20,627 nucleotides of DNA from Clostridiales bacterium. Its GTDB lineage: Bacteria > Bacillota > Clostridia > Christensenellales > Aristaeellaceae. Shown one piece after another: positions 15,158 to 20,627 of this stretch. The first letter of the stretch is position 1, and each line of letters opens with the position of its first letter. The notes beneath the pieces are model-generated. The model had not been told where the DNA came from and ran no database searches. It saw nothing but the letters and a program-made list of their open reading frames with translations. The stretch covers positions 1 to 20,627 of the forward strand of contig SFIM01000035.1 of the NCBI GenBank assembly GCA_004556155.1, written 5' to 3'. A program made the translations under genes and the position numbers.

Positions 15158-15781
15158 ATGGGCGGGGAAACGAAGGAAAGAATCCTGGAAACGGCGCTTG
15201 AGCTGTTTGCGCAGAGCGGGTATTTGGGCACATCCATGAGCGATATCGCCGCGCGACTGGGCATTACTAAGGCCGCCCTGTACAAGCACTATGCTGGAAA
15301 GCAGGAAATTCTGGATCGGATTGTACAGCGGATGAACGAGCTGGACGCTGCCCGTGCCGCAGCCTACGAAATGCCGGGGGCGGCGCCGGAGGGCTTTGCC
15401 CAGGCTTACCTGAATACGCCCCTGGACAGGATTCGCGCCTACAGCACGGCGCAGTTTGATCACTGGACCAGGGAGCCGTTTTCAGCCAACTTTCGCAAGA
15501 TGCTCACGCTGGAGCAGTATCGCGACGCCAGACTCGCGCAGCTGTATCAGGAGAATCTGGCAAGCGGCCCGGTGAAATATATGGCCGCTATTTTCAGACC
15601 CCTGACGGATAGCGACGAGACCGCCATGCAGCTGGCACTGGATTTCTATGGGCCGATGTATCTGCTTTACAGCGTCTATGACGGCGCGGCGGATCAGTCG
15701 GCTGTCGCGCCCATGTTGGAAGCGCATATCGACCGTTTTATTGCCAAGCTTGAAGGCGAATACAGAAAGAAGGACGAATGA
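15158..15781 (+). CDS. TetR/AcrR-family transcriptional regulator
   Basis: AGGAGG lies 6 nt upstream of the ATG at 15158. The N-terminal KERILETALELFAQSGYLGTSMSDIAARLGITKAALYKHY is a typical TetR_N HTH. Confidence 0.9.
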   Translation: MGGETKERILETALELFAQSGYLGTSMSDIAARLGITKAALYKHYAGKQEILDRIVQRMNELDAARAAAYEMPGAAPEGFAQAYLNTPLDRIRAYSTAQFDHWTREPFSANFRKMLTLEQYRDARLAQLYQENLASGPVKYMAAIFRPLTDSDETAMQLALDFYGPMYLLYSVYDGAADQSAVAPMLEAHIDRFIAKLEGEYRKKDE

Positions 15782-16191
15782 TGAAGCTCTATTTCGAAAA
15801 TGCCGTGACAACGGTTACTACGCTGATGATCCTTGCCCTGCTGGGTTATATCGGCTGGTCGGTGGCCAATCGCGCCGCTATCCAGCATTGGGGCTGCCGC
15901 AGTTTGTTCCTGCTGGTGTTTGGCCTGGCGGTTTGCTGCTGCGCGGCGGCGCGGGACGGTCTGGACAAGACCATTCAGCAGGCCATTGACGGCAGCTGCG
16001 CGCCGGGGCTGTTCCAACTGGTGAGCGTGCCTACCATTGTCGGCTGCATCGGCGCGCTGGTGATTGTGATTGCCGCCATCGCCACGCCCATTGCCAAAAC
16101 GCAGCGGGCGCGCGAGGTATGGTTCTGTGTGATGTCCGGCGGCGCGGTGCTCAAGATTGCCACCGTGGAAATTGCGAGGATCATTCACTGA
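15778..16191 (+). CDS. Hypothetical integral membrane protein (about 4 hydrophobic helices, Cys-rich)
   Basis: Its start overlaps the TetR stop as ATGA. The sequence is strongly hydrophobic. The long antisense ORF (15694..16713) is Arg/His-rich junk. Confidence 0.6.
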   Translation: MMKLYFENAVTTVTTLMILALLGYIGWSVANRAAIQHWGCRSLFLLVFGLAVCCCAAARDGLDKTIQQAIDGSCAPGLFQLVSVPTIVGCIGALVIVIAAIATPIAKTQRAREVWFCVMSGGAVLKIATVEIARIIH

Positions 16192-16203
16192 GGGGGAAGC
16201 ACG

Positions 16204-16656
16204 ATGCCGCAGATGAACAAGGGAGGAAAATTCATTTTCGGCCAGTCGATCATTCAGGGGCAAAAGACCAGGCGTTTGCGCGCGGGCGTGTACCTGTTTG
16301 CCATCATGGAGTGGGTTTCGGCCATCGGTTACCGGATGTTTCCGCTGAGCGACAGCGGCTATGCAGGAGCCTTTCAGGATGTGATGCATATGGTCGTCAC
16401 CGCGCTGGTGGTGCTGCTGTCCATTGTATCGCTGAGCGTGATCGTCTCCGCCGGGTTGAAGGATAAAAGCTGCCGTTTCTACGGCGTGTGCGCGGCGATT
16501 GCGCTTGGCATGATGATTATTGGCGCGATGGGAATGAAAATCGTGCCTGCGCAGTATTTTGGCGTGGTGGAGCGCTTCAGCGTCTTTGCCGCTACGGGCT
16601 TCAATGCCGCGCTGGGCATTCACCTGTTTTGCATCAAGGATGAAGGAGTAAAGTGA
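16204..16656 (+). CDS. DUF998-like integral membrane protein
   Basis: GAGGGGG lies 7 nt upstream. Hydrophobic helices and a C-terminal GVVERFSVF resemble the DUF998 family GxxER signature. The family call is tentative. Confidence 0.55.
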   Translation: MPQMNKGGKFIFGQSIIQGQKTRRLRAGVYLFAIMEWVSAIGYRMFPLSDSGYAGAFQDVMHMVVTALVVLLSIVSLSVIVSAGLKDKSCRFYGVCAAIALGMMIIGAMGMKIVPAQYFGVVERFSVFAATGFNAALGIHLFCIKDEGVK

Positions 16657-16781
16657 TGAGCTATGAAGCAGTGATTCTTGGCGGCGTGGGCATCGTCGGC
16701 AGTGTGCCGGCAATGCCCATCTGCCGCAGCATTTTCACCGTTCAGGCGGGCGATTCTGCGGGATTGGAGCGTGCGCAATGA
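16656..16781 (+). CDS. 41-codon translationally coupled micro-ORF (MSYEAVILGGVGIVGSVPAMPICRSIFTVQAGDSAGLERAQ)
   Basis: Not in the ORF track because it is shorter than 60 aa. Its ATG overlaps the upstream stop (GTGATGA) and its TGA overlaps the downstream ATG (ATGA). GAAGGAG lies 7 nt upstream. The N-terminal half is hydrophobic. GC3 is about 66% by my count, like neighbouring genes. Confidence 0.4.
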   Translation: MSYEAVILGGVGIVGSVPAMPICRSIFTVQAGDSAGLERAQ

Positions 16782-17401
16782 AACCGACTGTGATCGACCC
16801 GAAAACGACTACCCGCGCGGAGGCTTATGCCCTTTGGATGGACGCGCCCAACCCCATGGTAACCTTTTTCAAAACGCTGGATGTTGCGCCGCTGATTCGC
16901 TTTAGCCGCAGGCGCGGGATGAAATTCAATATGCTGCTGTGCTTCTGCATCGGCAAGGCCGCCAGCGAAATCAAGGAGTTTTATATGCTTCCTGTGGGAA
17001 GGGAGCTGCTCAAATACGATACGATTGCCGTCAATACCATTGTGAAGAACAAGAACGGCGAGGTCAGTTCCTGCGATGTGCCGTTTTCGGACAGTCTTGC
17101 GCAGTTCAACGCCGACTATCTGCGTCTGACGCGGCATGTGGCCGAGCGCTGTGAAAACCATGATCTGCCCGACAGTATGGTCATCGGCACCTCCGCCATT
17201 GTGGATACCGAGCTGGACGGCGCGGTGGGCATGAACAGCGGCATTTTTAACAACCCCTTTATCATCTGGGGCAGGTACCATTCAGGGCTTTTCAAAACGA
17301 CGCTTAAGCTGTCGTTTCAGTTTCATCACACGCAGATGGACGGCGCGCACGCGGGGCGCTTTTTGCAGCACGTGCAAGAGAATATCAAGCATATTCAATG
17401 A
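16778..17401 (+). CDS. Type A chloramphenicol acetyltransferase (CatA)-like O-acetyltransferase
   Basis: GGAG lies 8 nt upstream. At 207 aa it matches CAT proteins in length. The C-terminal LSFQFHHTQMDGAHAGRF matches the catalytic QVHHAVCDGFH-type motif of CAT proteins. The substrate is unknown. Confidence 0.75.
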   Translation: MKPTVIDPKTTTRAEAYALWMDAPNPMVTFFKTLDVAPLIRFSRRRGMKFNMLLCFCIGKAASEIKEFYMLPVGRELLKYDTIAVNTIVKNKNGEVSSCDVPFSDSLAQFNADYLRLTRHVAERCENHDLPDSMVIGTSAIVDTELDGAVGMNSGIFNNPFIIWGRYHSGLFKTTLKLSFQFHHTQMDGAHAGRFLQHVQENIKHIQ

Positions 17402-17404
17402 ATA

Positions 17405-17641
17405 ATGAGGAGAAATAGTGAACTTAAATCGTCCGTCAGCTTCTTGAAGAAACAGGAATTTATTGAAAAGGCAGAATTATTTAATTCCTACAGAGTTGGA
17501 GCAGTTCACAGGATGCGAAGAACAAACTTGGATACGTTAGCTGTAGAACTCCAAAAGGTAAAAGGCTGTTTCGATGAAATATTTGACCTTTATAACGACA
17601 TTCAAGATGATTTCCGCGTGATATTCCACAGCCTTCAATAA
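17405..17641 (+). CDS. Hypothetical 78-aa ORF at the left edge of the AT-rich island, possibly a gene fragment
   Basis: It is an open frame only, with no RBS and AT-rich composition unlike its neighbours. It lies between the CAT-like stop and the 17697-17740 terminator. Confidence 0.2.
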   Translation: MRRNSELKSSVSFLKKQEFIEKAELFNSYRVGAVHRMRRTNLDTLAVELQKVKGCFDEIFDLYNDIQDDFRVIFHSLQ

Positions 17642-17696
17642 AGATACTTTTGTTGAGTACCTAACAGACAAAGAATACGACGAATATTCTGGATAG

Positions 17697-17740
17697 AAAA
17701 AGAGCTATCCGACTTCATTCGAAATCAGATAGCTCTTTTC
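17697..17740. terminator. Bidirectional-looking intrinsic terminator
   Basis: Stem AGAGCTATC (17701-17709) / GATAGCTCT (17728-17736), extended by an inner GACTTC/GAAATC pairing. It is flanked by AAAA on the 5' side and TTTTC on the 3' side. Confidence 0.55.
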
Positions 17741-18536
17741 TTGTGAATAATGAAATTCTGTTGCCAAATCGTTGCCACGAGGGGCATCAAGACTCAAAAA
17801 GTCCAGTGTTTACGGGCTTTTTTGAACCTATGCAATCATTCCCACTCTCTCAGACTTAACGCATTATGTGTAATTTACGTGTATCTGATTCCAAGTGGTG
17901 ACTCTGATTCTCTGAGGCATTCCTATTCCACTGCCTGTACGGCCTCCGGTTATCATTTTGTTATCAGCGCGATAACAGGGGAGACTGTTTTGCTGTAGCA
18001 GTTTGAGAATTTCCACAAGTATAGTATAGCGCAGAACGGGTGCTGATGCAAGAGAAAAGATATTTGGCGAATAAATGCATTTGAAGTTTGTCCTAGTATA
18101 TATTACAGTTTGTGAATATAAATATCAATAGCTGTGATATACCTCTGTGAATGCACAATTATTCTTACATATGCCCAGGGTGGCCACCTTGTATCAAAAA
18201 CTGGTGCATATTATGTGGTATCACGCAAAAAAACAATGTGTTTATAACCTTTCATTTTGCATTGGGGCTTTCGTTTGGTCATTTGACCGTGATGGGTGCA
18301 AATCGATTTGAGTGGGTGCTTTTTTGTGCTATCGTTTTGCAATAGGAATACTGGAGTTTGAATGCAACAAAGTATAGCGTATATTCGAATATCAAGTATA
18401 CTGAATTTTGAAGGTGGAGGTTATTCTGCAAGAACTGATGTTGCCTCCGCAGGTAGCTTTCTGATAGCAGTTATAACCTCGACAACCCAGCAGGGAACTG
18501 GACTGCTTACAGAAAAATAGACAGTGAAATAAAGCA

Positions 18537-18581
18537 CCCTCCTGTTGTAGAATTGAGGAAGTCAAAACTACGACAGGAGGG
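18537..18581 (+). promoter_or_regulatory. Hairpin sequestering the RBS of the IS3 OrfA remnant
   Basis: CCCTCCTGTTGTAG (18537-18550) pairs with CTACGACAGGAGGG (18568-18581): 14 bp with one G-U. The 3' arm contains AGGAGGG, 7 nt before the ATG at 18589. Confidence 0.5.
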
Positions 18582-18588
18582 TCGTTTT

Positions 18589-18858
18589 ATGTCCAGATCA
18601 TACACACATGTGCAGGAATTGCTGCCCAGCGTATTGGCAATGAAGGGGAAAGGGTACACATATCGACAGATTGCAAAACAATTCGGCTTAGCAAAGGAAC
18701 AAGTTGAGGAACTATGCAGCAGAGCGCGAAGAAAGCAGCGAAGAATTGAGAAAGGTTATATTCCTCAACCCAAGGGTCGCCCGAGAAAAACGCCGGCCAC
18801 ACAGGAGCAGTTGCAGAATACAAGGCCTTTCCTGCTCTGCGCTCATTGCTTGCGTTGA
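18589..18858 (+). pseudogene. Truncated IS3-family transposase OrfA (HTH) fragment
   Basis: MSRSYTHVQELLPSVLAMKGKGYTYRQIAKQFGLAKEQVEELCSRARRKQRRIEKGYIPQPKGRPRK resembles the N-terminus of Firmicute IS3/IS150-group OrfA proteins. Similarity stops after ...QEQLQN, and no leucine zipper, frameshift site or OrfB follows. Confidence 0.55.
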
Positions 18859-18896
18859 TCCCCCAATAGCCTCCATGCTCCACATCCAATCAAGCA

Positions 18897-18938
18897 CAGA
18901 AAAGCGGGGGCTGCCGGTTGATTCCGGCAGCCCCCGCT
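18897..18938 (-). terminator. Intrinsic terminator of the sigma/anti-sigma operon
   Basis: Perfect 15-bp stem AGCGGGGGCTGCCGG / CCGGCAGCCCCCGCT with a 6-nt loop. On the minus strand it is followed by TTTTC, 32 nt past the stop at 18970. Confidence 0.8.
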
Positions 18939-18969
18939 GCATGAATAGATGGGAGGATGGGTGTAAGGG

Positions 18970-19827
18970 TTACAGCGCCGCGCGGATATCCGCAAGCACA
19001 TCGGCGGGGATGGTGAACTGCACCATGCCCGAGGACATCGGGGCCACGTCGCCCTCATCGAAGCTGATGACCACCTCGTTCTGACCGTTCACGAAGAAGT
19101 CGGCGTTCTTGACCACCTCGGCCAGATCGAAGTCCGGCATATCCTCATCGTCCAGCCAGAAGGTGTTTTCGGCGTTTTCGGCGGTCAGCGCCTTCATCTG
19201 CGCCGCAATGCTGTCGGTGATGCGGGCGATATAATCGCTGCCCTCGGTGAACAGGTCAGCCAGCGTGAGGCGCTTGCCGGTCTGCAGGTCGATGGTGTAG
19301 TAGTAATCGCTCTGCGCGCCGGAGCCGGAGGCGGTGTAGCACATCAGGCGCAGGGTGAAATAGCGCTCAGTCTCGTTGAGTACCTCGTACTCGATGATGG
19401 TGTCCTGATGATAGCCCTCGTCCAGAGAGGTCTTGAACTGATCGACGTATTCCTGCGCAATCGCGGCGATTTCCGCGTTGATGCCGGTGACGGCGTCCTT
19501 TGCTGCCTCGGCGGTTGCCTCGTCGGATTCGGGCTGGATGCTCAGCTCCGGCACCTGAATATCGGCGGAGTGATCGGCGTCTTGATGCTGGTACTGTTCC
19601 GCCGTGTTGGCGATCAGACCGAGCTGGGTCGCGGCCAGCGCAACGGCGCAGATGGCCACAATGGCAAATACCAGAACAGGCATAAAAGCAAGCTTCTTTT
19701 TCATGGGACGTTCTCCTTCTTTCACTTGGTTCAGCACGCGCTGCGTCAGCCAGGGATCTTCCTGGATGCCCGACGTTTTCCAATCCGCGGCGCGCTCAAT
19801 TTTTTGCCGGAATTCCTGATCCGTCAT
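18970..19827 (-). CDS. RsiV-like anti-sigma factor (N-terminal cytoplasmic domain, one TM, extracytoplasmic DUF4163/DUF3298-like domain)
   Basis: Its start overlaps the sigma gene stop as ATGA. One TM helix (LAFMPVLVFAIVAICAVALAA). The C-terminus has the pattern YFTLRLMCYTASGSGAQSDYYYTIDLQTGKRLTLADLF ... ISFDEGDVAPMSSGMVQFTIP, typical of DUF3298/RsiV ectodomains. Confidence 0.75.
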   Translation of the reverse strand: MTDQEFRQKIERAADWKTSGIQEDPWLTQRVLNQVKEGERPMKKKLAFMPVLVFAIVAICAVALAATQLGLIANTAEQYQHQDADHSADIQVPELSIQPESDEATAEAAKDAVTGINAEIAAIAQEYVDQFKTSLDEGYHQDTIIEYEVLNETERYFTLRLMCYTASGSGAQSDYYYTIDLQTGKRLTLADLFTEGSDYIARITDSIAAQMKALTAENAENTFWLDDEDMPDFDLAEVVKNADFFVNGQNEVVISFDEGDVAPMSSGMVQFTIPADVLADIRAAL

Positions 19828-20342
19828 AGGTTTCCCTCCTCTAACTGTTTCCGCAGCCTTTTTTTGGCATCCGTCAGACGGCGCGAGACCGTCGACAGGG
19901 ATGTATTGAGAATGGCGGCAATTTCTGTGAGAGACATATGCTGCCAGAAGTGCAGCAGGATGACCTCGCTGTATTTGGCTGGAAGCGCCTGAATGGCCTG
20001 AATCAATTCGTCGTCATGCTCGGCCATCTCGTAGGCGGGTTCGGGCAGGTTGGCGATGTCCACGCTTCGGTTGACGAAGCGCGACCACCGGCTCTTCTGC
20101 ATATCCCGGCAGACATTGGCTGCAATGCGCAGCAGCCATGTTTTCTCGCTGCACTCATGCCGGAATTCGGGCAGCGCTTTATAGGCTTTGATGTATACCT
20201 CCTGAACCGCGTCCTCCGCCTGCGAAGCATCCTTGAGCCAGAAGCTGCACATATGCAGCAGCGTCTTTTGATACTCCACAACCAGCCGGTTCAGCTCTTC
20301 CTCGATGTTTTGAGAATTGTCAGGGCCCGTGACAATTTCCAT
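19824..20342 (-). CDS. ECF-type RNA polymerase sigma-70 family factor
   Basis: GGAGGAGG lies upstream. Region 2 is AEDAVQEVYIKAYKAL...WLLRIAANVCRD and region 4 is LPAKYSEVILLHFWQHMSLTEIAAILNTSLSTVSRRLTDAKKRL. Confidence 0.9.
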   Translation of the reverse strand: MEIVTGPDNSQNIEEELNRLVVEYQKTLLHMCSFWLKDASQAEDAVQEVYIKAYKALPEFRHECSEKTWLLRIAANVCRDMQKSRWSRFVNRSVDIANLPEPAYEMAEHDDELIQAIQALPAKYSEVILLHFWQHMSLTEIAAILNTSLSTVSRRLTDAKKRLRKQLEEGNL

Positions 20343-20414
20343 GTGGTGGTCACCTCCTCCTCACACCTATATTGACGACAAACGGACGAAAACCTTGCAG
20401 GTTTTTCGAAGCGA

Positions 20415-20627
20415 ATGAAAAAACTTTTGCCTCTGCGCGCGGGGCGCGCTTTGACAGCCCCATCAAACCATGCTACGCTGCTTGATATCGACCGCGGCGT
20501 GCCGGAAGTTTGGGGCAGCACCTACGATATCCGCGATCTGCTGAACGCTACAATTCAAATGCGTGATGGTAAACCGCTGACGGAAATGAATCTGCCTCTC
20601 AAGGAAAAGCTCAAGATCAAGGGTCTG
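20415..20627 (+). CDS. Possible 5' end of a gene running off the window (very uncertain)
   Basis: The frame is open from 20376 to the window end (MKKLLPLRAGRALT...DIRDLLNATIQMRDGKPLTEMNLPLKEKLKIKGL). The antisense frame is also open until about 20463. There is no clear RBS, and a TTGACA-N17-TACGCT promoter-like site (20451-20479) lies inside it. Confidence 0.2.
   Translation, partial: MKKLLPLRAGRALTAPSNHATLLDIDRGVPEVWGSTYDIRDLLNATIQMRDGKPLTEMNLPLKEKLKIKGL

Larger units (their letters stand above)
17402..18830. mobile_element. AT-rich, nearly ORF-free island ending in an IS3-family remnant (decayed foreign DNA)
   Basis: Sampled 60-nt lines are 27-37% GC against about 58% in flanking genes. 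The track shows no minus-strand ORF of 60 aa or more, and only three short dubious plus-strand ORFs. A truncated transposase OrfA sits at the right end. Confidence 0.55.

Noticed and set aside
16189-16206. The two membrane-protein ORFs (15778..16191 and 16204..16656) are in the same reading frame, separated only by a TGA and 12 nt. This raised the possibility of one gene with an in-frame stop: a pseudogene, read-through or selenocysteine
   Set aside because: A good GAGGGGG RBS sits 7 nt before the ATG at 16204, and I could see no SECIS-like hairpin following the TGA. Sharing a frame has a one-in-three chance expectation. I treat them as two genes, though comparison with orthologs would settle it.
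16678-16905. 75-aa plus-strand ORF overlapping the start of the CAT-like gene
   Set aside because: It is out of frame with the well-supported CAT-like ORF and has no RBS. The 41-codon coupled ORF at 16656..16781 explains the gap better.
17750-18345. Plus-strand ORFs 17750..17998 (82 aa) and 18151..18345 (64 aa) in the AT-rich island
   Set aside because: They have no RBS and give Cys/Leu/Ile-rich translations with no recognisable motif. They are probably chance ORFs in AT-rich DNA. The region is kept only as part of the island finding.
20389-20405. Small hairpin AAAACCT-tgc-AGGTTTT upstream of the ECF sigma gene, considered as a terminator
   Set aside because: It has only three G-C pairs and the rest is A-U pairing within the flanking tracts, which is too weak to call. 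It may just be an AT-rich promoter region.

Overview
High-GC (about 58-60% in sampled lines) Firmicutes/Clostridia-like chromosomal segment with AGGAGG-type ribosome binding sites, a SpoIID-type sporulation gene and an ECF sigma/RsiV-like pair. Most of it is ordinary housekeeping sequence. Left to right: a minus-strand P-loop kinase plus lipoprotein pair; a membrane-tethered XRE regulator; upp; a QueG-like Fe-S protein; a SAM methyltransferase; a small Cys/His hypothetical; a SpoIID/LytB-SH3 protein. Next is a minus-strand three-gene operon: secreted CapA-like metallophosphoesterase, canonical COG0523 GTPase with a roughly 97-residue His/Asp/Cys tract, and a degenerate G3E GTPase fused to a DUF1980-type CC-motif domain. 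A molybdenum-cofactor operon follows (moeA-moaA-moaC-mogA/moaB::MoaE-like) behind a consensus promoter and a structured, terminator-containing leader that may be a Moco riboswitch. Then comes a TetR-controlled cluster (two membrane proteins, a 41-codon coupled micro-ORF, a CAT-like acetyltransferase). After it lies a 1.4 kb AT-rich island (27-37% GC in sampled lines) with almost no coding capacity and a truncated IS3-type OrfA, then the convergent ECF sigma/anti-sigma pair. I saw no rRNA, tRNA or CRISPR array. The best candidate for something not yet described is the CapA-like/COG0523/G3E-DUF1980 operon. All family assignments come from motif recognition by eye and need HMM or BLAST confirmation.
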